Part shown: positions 28,495 through 37,656 of the stretch, one piece after another
Numbering within the stretch: the first letter of the stretch is position 1
Layout of the letters: every line of letters begins with the position of its first letter
Source: Desulfuromonas sp.
GTDB taxonomy: Bacteria > Desulfobacterota > Desulfuromonadia > Desulfuromonadales > BM515
Assembly (NCBI GenBank): GCA_002869635.1
Contig: PKUF01000106.1
Span: 1 to 58,828, forward strand
Reading direction: 5' to 3'
Length of the DNA: 58,828 nt
Program-made: the position numbers and the translations under genes
Notes under the pieces: generated by a model
What the model was told of the DNA's origin: nothing
Database searches by the model: none
Seen by the model: the letters and a program-made list of their open reading frames with translations, nothing else

Positions 28495-30165
28495 ATGCTG
28501 ACCGATCTGCATATCCGCAATTTTGCCATCATCGACCATCTCGAAGTCCGCTTCGATGCAGGGTTCAATGTCCTCACCGGGGAGACCGGCGCTGGCAAAT
28601 CGATCATCATCGATGCCATGCAGCTCCTTCTCGGGGGCCGAGCCCGCCCCGAACTGATCCGTAGTGGCGAAGAAGAGGCGAGAATCGAGGCGATCTTTGA
28701 CCTTTCGACGACGCCGCACGTCTCCGAACTTCTCATCGCCAACGATCTCCCCGAGGGCGATGAGTTGATGGTGCGGCGTATCGTCTCCCGCAGCGGTCGC
28801 AACCGGGTGACCCTCAACGGCGCCATGGCGACCGTCGGCCAGCTGCAGCTCTTACTCGCACCACTGCTCACCATCTATGGGCAGCACGACCAACAGCTGC
28901 TGCAGCGCAGCGAGCGCCACCTCAACCTGCTCGACGAACTCGCCGGTCTCGACGAGAGCCTGGAGGATTACCGCCGCGCTTTCCGTGAGGTGACAGCCTG
29001 CCACGACGCATTGGCCCGCCTCGACGAACTTGAGCAGGAGCGACTGCAGCGTCTCGACCTGCTCACCTTCCAGCAACAAGAAATCGCCGCAGTTGCCCCC
29101 CGCCTTGGGGAGGACGAAAAACTTGAAGCCGAGCGTCGCTTACTTCAAAACGCCGAAAAGCTCTCCAGCGCCACGGTCGGCGGCTACGCGATCCTCTACG
29201 GTGAAGAGGGGGCGGTCTGCGAAAAGCTCTCTGAGGTGGTGGTAGCGCTTGATGAACTTACCGAGGTCGATCCGGCGCTTGCCCCCTTAACCGACGGAGT
29301 CCGCAACGCCCTCTACTCCCTTGAAGACCTCGCGGCCAGCCTGCGGCAACGCGGTGACACGGTCGTTTTTGATGCTGAACGGCAAAACGATGTCGAAGAG
29401 CGGCTGACCCAGCTAGCCCAGCTTAAGCGCAAATACGGCGGTAGTCTCGAAACGGTCCTCGCCACCGCCGAAACAATCGCCAGCGATCTCGACTCCCTGC
29501 AGCACACCGAGGCACGACGCGAGTCTCTCGCCCAAAAATTGCGTGAGCAACAAGAGGTCATGCAGCGCTGCGGCGAGACGCTGTCGCAAAAGCGCCAAGA
29601 GGCAGCCTCCGAACTCAAGGTTGGGGTGGAACGGGAATTGGCACAACTGGCGATGCCGAAAGCGAACTTTTCATTACAATTCACCACACTTGCCGAGCCG
29701 AGCCCTCACGGGCTGGAGCGCGGCGAGTTCTACCTTGCCCCCAACCCCGGCGAGGAACCGCGACCCCTCGCCCGCATCGCCTCGGGCGGCGAACTGTCGC
29801 GTATCATGCTTGCCCTGCGTCGGGTGGCCCCGCAAGGAGAAGTGACCCTGATCTTCGACGAGGTTGACGCCGGAATCGGCGGGGTCGCCGCCACCGCGGT
29901 AGGGGAGCGCCTCAAAGCCGTCGCCGCCGGACGTCAGGTCCTTTGCATCACCCATCTGCCTCAGGTCGCCGCTTTTGCTGATGGCCACTTCCGGGTTGAA
30001 AAGGAGGAAGCCGCCGGACGCACCCGCACCCGTCTCACCCTTCTCGATGAGGAGATGCGCGTCGAGGAGATGGCACGAATGCTCGGCGGGGCTCACCTCG
30101 GGGAGCGTAGCCGCGAGCATGCCCGCGAGCTGATCGCCGCCTCAAAACAGAAGGGGCAGGCGTGA
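28495..30165 (+). CDS. recN: DNA repair protein RecN (SMC-like ATPase)
   Basis: MLTDLHIRNFAIIDHLEV.F..GFNVLTGETGAGKSIIIDA, a coiled-coil middle, and ASGGELSRIMLAL..FDEVDAGIGG. Confidence 0.95.
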   Translation: MLTDLHIRNFAIIDHLEVRFDAGFNVLTGETGAGKSIIIDAMQLLLGGRARPELIRSGEEEARIEAIFDLSTTPHVSELLIANDLPEGDELMVRRIVSRSGRNRVTLNGAMATVGQLQLLLAPLLTIYGQHDQQLLQRSERHLNLLDELAGLDESLEDYRRAFREVTACHDALARLDELEQERLQRLDLLTFQQQEIAAVAPRLGEDEKLEAERRLLQNAEKLSSATVGGYAILYGEEGAVCEKLSEVVVALDELTEVDPALAPLTDGVRNALYSLEDLAASLRQRGDTVVFDAERQNDVEERLTQLAQLKRKYGGSLETVLATAETIASDLDSLQHTEARRESLAQKLREQQEVMQRCGETLSQKRQEAASELKVGVERELAQLAMPKANFSLQFTTLAEPSPHGLERGEFYLAPNPGEEPRPLARIASGGELSRIMLALRRVAPQGEVTLIFDEVDAGIGGVAATAVGERLKAVAAGRQVLCITHLPQVAAFADGHFRVEKEEAAGRTRTRLTLLDEEMRVEEMARMLGGAHLGERSREHARELIAASKQKGQA

Positions 30166-30806
30166 TGAAGACGCTCCTGTTCGATCTCGACAATACCCTT
30201 TATGCACCAGAGTGCGATCTCTTCTCGTTGATCGATGTCCGCATCAACCGCTACATGCAAGAGGTGGTGGGGATTGCCGAAGGCGAGGTGGATGGTCTGC
30301 GCCGGCAGTACTGGGCCGACTACGGGGTGACGCTGCAGGGGCTGATCCGTCATCACGGGGTCGATCCCGACGACTACCTCCACTATGTCCACGATGTCGA
30401 TGTCGCGACCCGGATCGGCCCTGATCCGCAACTGCGCCAGACCCTGGAGCGGCTGCCTCAGCGCAAAGCGGTCTTCACCAACGGCTCCCATGAGCATGCG
30501 GTGCGTGTTCTTAAGACGCTTGAGATCACGGACTGTTTTGACGCCATCTTCGACATCCGCATCGCCGATTACATCCCCAAACCCCACCCCCAGCCGTATC
30601 AGAACGTCCTCGACCGACTTGACGCCACGCCCGGTGACTGTGTCATGATTGAAGATACGGAAGCGAATCTGCGCACCGCCAAAGCGCTCGGCATGCGCAC
30701 GGTTCTGGTGGGTGGCAAACGATCAGGAGAGTTTGTCGACCACCACATTCTGGCGGTCGGCGCTATCGCCTCGACCCTTTCTGAGATTTCCCCCAACAAG
30801 GATTGA
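30162..30806 (+). CDS. HAD-superfamily pyrimidine 5'-nucleotidase-like hydrolase
   Basis: LLFDLDNTLY (DxDxT), VFTNGS and MIEDTEANL. The start is GTG 30162 or ATG 30165, overlapping the recN stop. Confidence 0.8.
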   Translation: MMKTLLFDLDNTLYAPECDLFSLIDVRINRYMQEVVGIAEGEVDGLRRQYWADYGVTLQGLIRHHGVDPDDYLHYVHDVDVATRIGPDPQLRQTLERLPQRKAVFTNGSHEHAVRVLKTLEITDCFDAIFDIRIADYIPKPHPQPYQNVLDRLDATPGDCVMIEDTEANLRTAKALGMRTVLVGGKRSGEFVDHHILAVGAIASTLSEISPNKD

Positions 30807-30810
30807 TCCT

Positions 30811-31659
30811 ATGCCGTTGATTGGAGCCCACGTCTCCATCGCCGGCGGCCTCGACCGTGCCTTCGCCCGGGGCGAAGAGGTTGGCTGTTCGGCGATCCAG
30901 ATTTTCACCAAAAACGCCAGCCAGTGGCGCGCCAAACCGATCAGCGCTGCCGATGCTGCCGCCTTCCAGGCCGCCTGGGAGCAGAGCAGCATTGGGCCGG
31001 TGATCGCCCACGACTCCTACCTCATCAACCTCGCCACCAGTGACGACGCCAAGTGGGTAAAGTCAAAGGAGGCGTTTCTCGACGAACTGCAGCGCTGCGA
31101 TCAGCTCGGGGTTCCCGAACTGGTGATGCACCCCGGCTCCCATCTCGGCAATGGCGAAGAGGCGGGATTGCAGCGGGTTGCCGATGCCTTCATCGACATT
31201 TTCACCGAGGCGCCCGACTCGGTCACCGTTCTGCTCGAGATCACCGCCGGTCAGGGGACAAACCTCGGCTGGCGTTTCGACCACCTCGCAACCATCATGG
31301 AAAAGGTCCCCGACGGCCGTTTCGGGGTCTGCTTCGACACCTGCCACGCTTTTGCCGCCGGTTACGATCTCTCGACACTGGAGGGGTACGACACCGTAAT
31401 GAGTGAGTTCGATCGCCTCATCGGAGTCGAAAAAATCCGTGCCTTCCACGTCAACGATGCAAAAAAAGGGCTCGGGAGCCGGGTCGATCGGCATGAACAG
31501 ATCGGCGAAGGGGCACTGGGACGCGATGGCTTTAAGGCACTGATGCGTGATCCACGTTTCGCCGATGTGCCGAAAATCCTCGAGACCCCGAAAGGGGAGG
31601 ATAACGAATGGGATCGTCGCAACCTCGAACTGCTGCGACAGCTGGCGCAGGAAGCTTAG
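30811..31659 (+). CDS. nfo: Deoxyribonuclease IV (endonuclease IV)
   Basis: MPLIGAHVSIAGGL.., VMHPGSH, CFDTCHAFAAGYD, HVNDAKK..GSRVDRHE.IGEG. The ORF-track extension to 30649 overlaps the upstream gene and is rejected. Confidence 0.9.
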   Translation: MPLIGAHVSIAGGLDRAFARGEEVGCSAIQIFTKNASQWRAKPISAADAAAFQAAWEQSSIGPVIAHDSYLINLATSDDAKWVKSKEAFLDELQRCDQLGVPELVMHPGSHLGNGEEAGLQRVADAFIDIFTEAPDSVTVLLEITAGQGTNLGWRFDHLATIMEKVPDGRFGVCFDTCHAFAAGYDLSTLEGYDTVMSEFDRLIGVEKIRAFHVNDAKKGLGSRVDRHEQIGEGALGRDGFKALMRDPRFADVPKILETPKGEDNEWDRRNLELLRQLAQEA

Positions 31660-32109
31660 ATGAGGGCAGTCCTGCAGCGGGTGCGGCGTGCCCGAGTCAC
31701 CGTAGAGGGTGAGGAGGTCGTGACCTGCGGCACCGGCCTTCTGGTTCTACTCGGGGTCGCCACCGGTGATAGCGAGAAGGATGCCGCCTACCTCGCTGAG
31801 AAGACAGCGGGCTTGCGAATCTTCGAAGATGACGCAGGGAAGATGAACCTCTCGGTCGAGGAGACCATGGGGGAGCTCCTCGTCGTCTCCCAATTCACCC
31901 TGCTGGGGGATTGTCGTAAAGGGAGGCGCCCCGGCTTTTCTGCCGCGGCACCTCCCGATGAGGCGGATCGCCTCTATTTAACCTATGTCGAATTACTGCG
32001 GCGACGGGGACTGACCGTTGCCACCGGACGGTTTCGCGCCGACATGCAGGTCGAGCTGGTCAATGATGGACCTGTGACCATGCTCCTCGAGAGCAAAAAG
32101 GAATTTTGA
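31660..32109 (+). CDS. dtd: D-aminoacyl-tRNA deacylase
   Basis: [30 protein letters not shown], and 149 aa in length. Confidence 0.9.
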   Translation: MRAVLQRVRRARVTVEGEEVVTCGTGLLVLLGVATGDSEKDAAYLAEKTAGLRIFEDDAGKMNLSVEETMGELLVVSQFTLLGDCRKGRRPGFSAAAPPDEADRLYLTYVELLRRRGLTVATGRFRADMQVELVNDGPVTMLLESKKEF

Positions 32110-32621
32110 TGCGCAGACGTCGTTTTGAAGAGGAAGAAGAGGATCTTAGACCAAGCCGCTCGGCCAAAAAGAGGGCGGCCGAGGCGGTGGAAGAGACAGC
32201 GAAACAGCTCGCCGAACTCGGAGAGGCTGAGGCCCAACGGCTGCCGCTGCCGCAGGAGCTGCGCGAAGAGTACGAGCTCCTGCGCCGTACTGCGGGGCGA
32301 GGTTCCTACAAACGCCAGCTCAAACACTTTGCCGGTTTGTTGCGACGGGATGACGAGGTGCGTGAAGAGCTTGAAGCATTTCTCGGCGGCTACCATGAAC
32401 AGGGGCGTCAAGAACGCGCCATTCAGCATCGCCTTGAGCAGTTGCGCGATCAGCTTATTGACCCTGCCAGCGAAACCGCGGCCTTCGCCGACGTTGAAAA
32501 GAGTCTGTCCACGGTTGACCTTGGCGAACTACGCCGATTGGTTAAGCAGGCACGCGCGGCCAAGGATCGCCGCCCCTACCGCGAAATTTTCCGCCGGCTG
32601 CGACAGGCAATGGAAGATTGA
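32106..32621 (+). CDS. yjgA: Ribosome-associated protein YjgA/DarP (DUF615)
   Basis: [23 protein letters not shown]... and ..[15 protein letters not shown]... An ATGA start overlaps the dtd stop. Confidence 0.75.
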   Translation: MMRRRRFEEEEEDLRPSRSAKKRAAEAVEETAKQLAELGEAEAQRLPLPQELREEYELLRRTAGRGSYKRQLKHFAGLLRRDDEVREELEAFLGGYHEQGRQERAIQHRLEQLRDQLIDPASETAAFADVEKSLSTVDLGELRRLVKQARAAKDRRPYREIFRRLRQAMED

Positions 32622-32660
32622 AAAAAAAAGGCCCCTCTCGTCCGAAAGGGGCCTTTGGTC
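32621..32660. terminator. Bidirectional terminator between yjgA and trxA
   Basis: An A9 run, then AAAGGCCCCT..AGGGGCCTTT. Confidence 0.8.
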
Positions 32661-32677
32661 TCTGCTGTTTGATCGAT

Positions 32678-33007
32678 CTAGATGGCTTTTTTAATCAGCG
32701 CCTCAAGCTGGTTTTTGGGGACCGCGCCGACGAGCTGGTCAACCACCTGCCCACCTTTGAAGAGGATCAGGGTCGGGATGCCACGCACGCCATACTTGCC
32801 GGGGGTCGCGGGGTTCTCGTCGACGTTGAGCTTAGCGACGGTCACCTTCCCCTCATACTCCTCGGCGAGTTTGTCGACCATCGGGCTGATCGCTTTACAG
32901 GGGGCACACCATGAGGCCCAGAAATCAACGAGGACGGGGGTATCGGACTTGAGAACATCCTTTTCAAAGCCGTCATCGGACAGCTGCAGAACCTTTTCAC
33001 TGGCCAT
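32678..33007 (-). CDS. trxA: Thioredoxin
   Basis: MASEKVLQLSDDGFEKDVLKSDTPVLVDFWASWCAPCKAI (WCxPC active site); 109 aa. Confidence 0.95.
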   Translation of the reverse strand: MASEKVLQLSDDGFEKDVLKSDTPVLVDFWASWCAPCKAISPMVDKLAEEYEGKVTVAKLNVDENPATPGKYGVRGIPTLILFKGGQVVDQLVGAVPKNQLEALIKKAI

Positions 33008-33066
33008 CACAAAATCTCCTTCGCCTATCGGCGTCAGTAGGTGGAAAATAGAAAAATAACGGGTTA

Positions 33067-33096
33067 ATGATAATCCCCCCCCAAAAAAATGCAAGG
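33067..33096 (-). promoter_or_regulatory. Sigma-70-type promoter candidate for trxA: TTGCAT-N17-TATCAT, with a spacer made of T6 + G9
   Basis: The minus strand reads TTGCAT TTTTTTGGGGGGGGGAT TATCAT, about 60 nt upstream of the trxA ATG. Confidence 0.5.
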
Positions 33097-33183
33097 GGTA
33101 ATTCCCTCGCTCCCCTTGAGCTTGACAGGCTGCAAAGCGCCTCCTATCATCGCCGGAATGCTTACTCTCGTTGAGGTTTGAAG

Positions 33184-33759
33184 ATGTCACTTGACCGTAT
33201 TGCCGCCGCTCGCGAAGAACACCATGCCCTGCTCAGTGCCTTCGTTGCAACTCATGCCGAAGAGATTCCGGAATTCGTTGACGCGCTGGTGGAACAACTG
33301 CATCAGGGAGGCCGCCTCTTTCTCTGTGGCGCCGGGCCCTATGCCGCCATCGCCGATCTTGGGGCTCAGCTTTTCATGCACCGGCGTCTCATCGACCGGC
33401 CTCTCCTCCCTGCCATGTCACTCGGACATGACGCAGCTCTGGCGACAGCGCTGGCTCGAGAAGGGACCTATCACCAATACTTCTCCCGCCAACTCAAAGC
33501 GCTAAGCCTCGGTGCTGACGACACCGTCCTCTTCTTTGGCGCGGCTGGGGACAACGCCCTGGATGAAGGTCTTGCCGAGGCGGAACGCAGCGAAGCACTG
33601 GCCGCCCTCTTCTGGCAAGGAGAGGCTCCCTTCGCGGGGTCCCCCCTCACCCACTTCTTCTCCCTGAACAGCGCCAGCACGCCGCGGGGTAGCGAGGTCG
33701 CTCATTTCTTCGTGCACCTCCTCTGCGAGTTGGTGGAAGCCGAGCTTTTCGGTTTCTGA
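33184..33759 (+). CDS. SIS-domain-like (GmhA/DiaA-like) protein of uncertain function
   Basis: The ..GGRLFLCGAGPYAAIADLGAQL.. phosphosugar-binding-fold-like segment and the ..DTVLFFGAAGD.. segment. Divergent, so no confident catalytic assignment is possible. Confidence 0.55.
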   Translation: MSLDRIAAAREEHHALLSAFVATHAEEIPEFVDALVEQLHQGGRLFLCGAGPYAAIADLGAQLFMHRRLIDRPLLPAMSLGHDAALATALAREGTYHQYFSRQLKALSLGADDTVLFFGAAGDNALDEGLAEAERSEALAALFWQGEAPFAGSPLTHFFSLNSASTPRGSEVAHFFVHLLCELVEAELFGF

Positions 33760-33763
33760 TCCG

Positions 33764-34438
33764 ATGCCTGAGAGCCCTCCCTCTTTTCCTCTCTTTCTCG
33801 ATCTGCGCGATCGGCTCTGCGTCGTGGTCGGTGGTGGCGCGGTCGGGTTGCGCAAGATTGCGGCCCTTCACCGCAGTGGTGCTATGGTACGACTGATCGC
33901 ACCGGCTGTTGCGGGAGAGATTCCGGAGGGGGTGGAATGGATTTGTCGCCCCTACCGAAGTGGCGACAGCAGCGGTGCCTGCCTTGTCTTTGCCGCCAGC
34001 AGCGATCGCGCCGTCAACGCCGCCGTCGCTGCCGAGGCGAAGAAGGCGGGGATTTTCGTCAACGTTGCCGACGCTCCGCAGGAGGGGGACATGACTCTTC
34101 CGGCGGTGCTCAACCGTGGCCAGCTGACTCTGGCGGTCGGCACGCAAGGCGCATCACCGGCACTGGCTTCCTGTTTACGGGATCGCCTCGCCGAGGCGTG
34201 GACGCAAGAGTGGGCGACCGTTGTTGAGTTGGCTGCCGCGCTTCGGCGAAAGCGGTTGACAGTGCAAAACTGTGGCGAATATAATCAACAGGTTTTACGT
34301 CGCCTGTTGGCGGCTGGCCTCCACGAAAAGGTCGCTGCGGGTGATCAGCGCGGCGTTGAGGCGTTGCTCGCCGCCCATCTGGGGGGAGGGTGGACGCTGG
34401 CCGAGCTGGGGGTTGAACTACCGAAAGGGATGCCATGA
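33764..34438 (+). CDS. sirC: Precorrin-2 dehydrogenase / sirohydrochlorin ferrochelatase (siroheme synthase N-terminal-domain type)
   Basis: FPLFLDLRDRLCVVVGGGAVGLRKI and GIFVNVAD.P..GDMTLPAV..RG.L..AV.T.G.SPAL. Confidence 0.85.
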   Translation: MPESPPSFPLFLDLRDRLCVVVGGGAVGLRKIAALHRSGAMVRLIAPAVAGEIPEGVEWICRPYRSGDSSGACLVFAASSDRAVNAAVAAEAKKAGIFVNVADAPQEGDMTLPAVLNRGQLTLAVGTQGASPALASCLRDRLAEAWTQEWATVVELAAALRRKRLTVQNCGEYNQQVLRRLLAAGLHEKVAAGDQRGVEALLAAHLGGGWTLAELGVELPKGMP

Positions 34439-35271
34439 CGCTCAATCTGCTCTTCTTCAAGATTACCCTTCTGCTTTATTTCGTCGCCACCGTTCTCTAT
34501 CTCATCGATGTTATCGCCCGGGATGTCAAGACCGGTCGCTACGGTCGCTGGATCCTTATTGCCGGCTTTGTGACCCACCTTGTCACCGTCATCAGCCGAT
34601 ATGCGGCGAGCGGCTACACGCCAGTGGCGAGCCTGCATGAGTCTCTCTCCTTCTTCGCCATGTCGATCGTGGCGATCTTTCTTCTCTTTGACCTGCGTTA
34701 TCGCCTGACGGTCCTCGCCGCCTTTGTCTGCCCGTTGGCGCTGGTTCTTATGATCGGTGGCGGTGCCGTCTCGAAGAAGACGCAAGAACTCAATCCGGTT
34801 CTCGACAGCTGGTGGTTCCCGGTGCATGTCTCCCTTGCTTTTCTCGGCTATGCGGTCTTCGCCATTGCTTTTGCCGCCGGGATCATGTACCTGCTGCAGG
34901 AGCGGATGCTTAAGAGCAAGAAGTTCCTCCCCCTCTATTACAAGCTCCCCTCGCTCGACACCCTCGACAGCATCAACTACAAATGTCTGACCTTCGGCTT
35001 CCCCCTGATGACCATGGGGATCATCTCTGGAGCGATCTGGGCCAACTCGGCCTGGGGTGGATACTGGCGCTGGGACCCGAAGGAGAGCTGGGCGCTGATC
35101 ACCTGGTTCCTCTATGCGGCGCTGCTGCATGGGAGGCTGACCGTCGGCTGGCGCGGGCGGCGGGCGGCGATCTTTGCCATCCTCGGTTTCTTCTGCCTCC
35201 TCTTCACCTTCTTCGGTGTCAACCTTCTGCTCGGCGGCGAGCACTCCTTCAGCGCTCTTTCAGGGCGCTAG
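34435..35271 (+). CDS. CcsA/ResC-family cytochrome c assembly-type membrane protein (HemX-like position upstream of hemA)
   Basis: Polytopic, with a Trp-rich heme-handling motif WANSAWGGYWRWDPKESWALITW. No ccsB/resB partner is adjacent. Confidence 0.8.
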   Translation: MTLNLLFFKITLLLYFVATVLYLIDVIARDVKTGRYGRWILIAGFVTHLVTVISRYAASGYTPVASLHESLSFFAMSIVAIFLLFDLRYRLTVLAAFVCPLALVLMIGGGAVSKKTQELNPVLDSWWFPVHVSLAFLGYAVFAIAFAAGIMYLLQERMLKSKKFLPLYYKLPSLDTLDSINYKCLTFGFPLMTMGIISGAIWANSAWGGYWRWDPKESWALITWFLYAALLHGRLTVGWRGRRAAIFAILGFFCLLFTFFGVNLLLGGEHSFSALSGR

Positions 35272-35298
35272 CAGCCGACCGGGAGACGGATTCGATTT

Positions 35299-36615
35299 AT
35301 GGATATTATCGTTGTTGGTTTAAGTCACAAAACGGCCGCTGTTGAGATTCGCGAGCGGGTCGCTTTCTCCCCCACCGCCATGGAACGGCCGCTGCATGAG
35401 TTCGTCGGGCTCTCGGCAATCGCCGAGGGGATCATCGTCTCGACCTGCAACCGGGTCGAGCTCTACGCCACCAGCCGCGACCCGGAGGCCGCGGTGGCGC
35501 AGATGCGACGGTTCCTCACCTCCTTCCACGGCCTTGAGGCCGACGCCCTTGATGAGAATCTCTACGACTACCGGGGCGAGGAGGCGATCCGTCATGTCTT
35601 TCGCGTTGCCTCAAGCCTCGACTCGATGGTCATTGGTGAACCGCAGATTCTCGGCCAGATCAAGACCTCTTACGGCTACGCTGCCGAGTATAAGACCGCC
35701 GGACTGATCCTCAACCGTTTTTTGCACAAAGCGTTCTCCGTCGCCAAGCGGGTGCGGACTGAGACCAGCATCGCCAGCAACGCCGTCTCGGTCTCCTTTG
35801 CCGCGGTGGAGCTCGCTCGTAAAATCTTCAGCACCCTCGACGGCAAGACGGTTCTTATCATCGGTGCCGGCGAGATGTGCGAGCTGGCCGCACGGCACTT
35901 CGTCAACAACGGCGTCACCTCGGTCATGGTCACCAACCGGACCTTCGAACGGGCAGAAAAGCTCGCCACCGACTTTCAGGGCCGAGCCCTGACCTTTGAC
36001 GACTTCCCCGACCACCTCGCGCAAGTCGATATCATCCTCACCTCCACCGGTGCCCCGACCTTCATCCTCGAGAAGAAGAAGATGGAAGAGGTGATCCGCC
36101 TGCGCAAGAACAAGCCGATGTTGATCATCGACATCGCCGTTCCCCGCGACATCGATCCCAAGGTCAACGACATCGACAACATCTACCTCTACGATGTCGA
36201 CGATCTGCAAGGGGTGGTGCAAGCGAACCTCAAGGAGCGCCACAAAGAGGCGAAGAAGGCCGAAGGGATCATCGAGCAGGAGATCGGTCAGTTCCATCGC
36301 TGGCTCACCAGCCTTGAGGTTGTCCCGACCATCGTCTCGTTGCGCCAGAGGATGGAAGAGATCCGCAAGGGGGAACTGGATAAGAGCTTCTCCAACCTCA
36401 AGGATCTCACCCCGAAACAACGCAAGTCGATCGAGGCGCTGACCTCGGCGATTATCAACAAGGTTCTCCATACCCCGACCACCGTTCTCAAGAAGTCACA
36501 GAACGATGAGGGCGGCGACAACTATGTCGACGCCGTACGGGTTCTCTTCGATCTCGCCCCACCGGCCCCGGAAGGGGAGATCAAACAACTCGACGAGTCT
36601 GTCGACCCGTCCTAA
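35299..36615 (+). CDS. hemA: Glutamyl-tRNA reductase
   Basis: [36 protein letters not shown] and LIIGAGEM. Confidence 0.95.
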   Translation: MDIIVVGLSHKTAAVEIRERVAFSPTAMERPLHEFVGLSAIAEGIIVSTCNRVELYATSRDPEAAVAQMRRFLTSFHGLEADALDENLYDYRGEEAIRHVFRVASSLDSMVIGEPQILGQIKTSYGYAAEYKTAGLILNRFLHKAFSVAKRVRTETSIASNAVSVSFAAVELARKIFSTLDGKTVLIIGAGEMCELAARHFVNNGVTSVMVTNRTFERAEKLATDFQGRALTFDDFPDHLAQVDIILTSTGAPTFILEKKKMEEVIRLRKNKPMLIIDIAVPRDIDPKVNDIDNIYLYDVDDLQGVVQANLKERHKEAKKAEGIIEQEIGQFHRWLTSLEVVPTIVSLRQRMEEIRKGELDKSFSNLKDLTPKQRKSIEALTSAIINKVLHTPTTVLKKSQNDEGGDNYVDAVRVLFDLAPPAPEGEIKQLDESVDPS

Positions 36616-36630
36616 AGGAGCGTTTTCACG

Positions 36631-37593
36631 ATGAGCAAGAAGCTGCTTCGTATCGGCACCCGTGCCAGCCAGCTCGCCCTGTGGCAGGCCAACTGGGTCA
36701 AGTCCGAACTGGAGAAGAAATACCCCGGCCTTGAGGTCACCCTGACCAAGATCAAGACCCAAGGGGACAAGATCCTTGATGTGCCGCTGGCGATGGTCGG
36801 TGGCAAGGGACTCTTCGTTAAGGAGATCGAAGAGGCGATGCTGCGCGGCGAGATCGACATCGCCGTCCACTCGATGAAGGACGTTCCGACCATCTTCCCC
36901 GAAGGGCTCGGCCTGCGCTGCATCACCAAGCGTGAGGACCCCCGCGACATCGCCATCCTCAAGCCCGGCTTCAGCTCCTTCCGCGATCTGCCGCAGGGCG
37001 CCCGCATCGGCACCTCGTCGCTGCGTCGCAAGGCCCAGCTGCTGCATCTGCGCCCCGACTTTCAGATGGTCGATATCCGCGGCAACGTCGAGACCCGTAT
37101 CCGCAAGCTGACCGAGGATGACCTCGACGCGGTGATCCTCGCCGCCGCCGGGATGAACCGCCTCGGTTTTGCCAGCCAGGTCTCGGAGTATCTCGCCACC
37201 GACGTCTCGATCCCCGCCATCGGCCAGGGGGCGCTTGGGATCGAGAGCCGCCTCGATGATGATGAGACCAACGCCATGATCGACTTCTTCAACCACCCCG
37301 ACACCGCCTGGGCGGTCAAGGCCGAGCGTGCCTTGCTGGCCCGTCTTGAGGGGGGCTGTCAGGTTCCCATCGGAGCCTACGGCGAAGTCTGCGGCAGCGA
37401 ACTCACCTTCACCGGCTACGTCTCGGACGTCGAAGGGAAGAAGATGCTGAAAAAAACCGTCACCTGCCCGGTGGAAGAGGCCGAGCAGACCGGCATCTCC
37501 GTCGCCGACGATCTGCTGATGCAGGGGGCGGGGGCGATCCTCAACGAGGTCTACAACCACGAGACCTTCAACGTGACCCGCGAGGACGTCTAA
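36631..37593 (+). CDS. hemC: Hydroxymethylbilane synthase (porphobilinogen deaminase)
   Basis: LRIGTRASQLALWQA, GDKILD.PL...GGKGLFVKE, AVHSMKD.P, and LEGGCQVPIGA. Confidence 0.95.
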   Translation: MSKKLLRIGTRASQLALWQANWVKSELEKKYPGLEVTLTKIKTQGDKILDVPLAMVGGKGLFVKEIEEAMLRGEIDIAVHSMKDVPTIFPEGLGLRCITKREDPRDIAILKPGFSSFRDLPQGARIGTSSLRRKAQLLHLRPDFQMVDIRGNVETRIRKLTEDDLDAVILAAAGMNRLGFASQVSEYLATDVSIPAIGQGALGIESRLDDDETNAMIDFFNHPDTAWAVKAERALLARLEGGCQVPIGAYGEVCGSELTFTGYVSDVEGKKMLKKTVTCPVEEAEQTGISVADDLLMQGAGAILNEVYNHETFNVTREDV

Positions 37594-37656
37594 AACCTCG
37601 TTCAGGGAATTTCGGATGATATCAGGGGCGCAGCGTGCTGCGCCCCTTCACCGTTT

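Noticed and set aside
30649-30810. The N-terminal extension of the nfo ORF in the track. Similar extensions: 11342-11431 (OMP), 27526-27597 (nadK), 26066..27547 (rarA), 20920-21081 (TSCPD) and 33008-33190 (trxA).
   Set aside because: The extensions overlap upstream genes or lack an RBS. Conserved N-termini and good Shine-Dalgarno sequences occur at the internal starts I report.
36496-37560. A 354-aa ORF antisense to hemC. Similar cases: 35611-36471 antisense to hemA, and 34345-35244 antisense to the ccsA-like gene.
   Set aside because: These are typical long shadow ORFs of GC-rich coding DNA. They have Gly/Asp/Arg/Leu-biased low-information sequence and no RBS. The opposite strand encodes unmistakable conserved enzymes.
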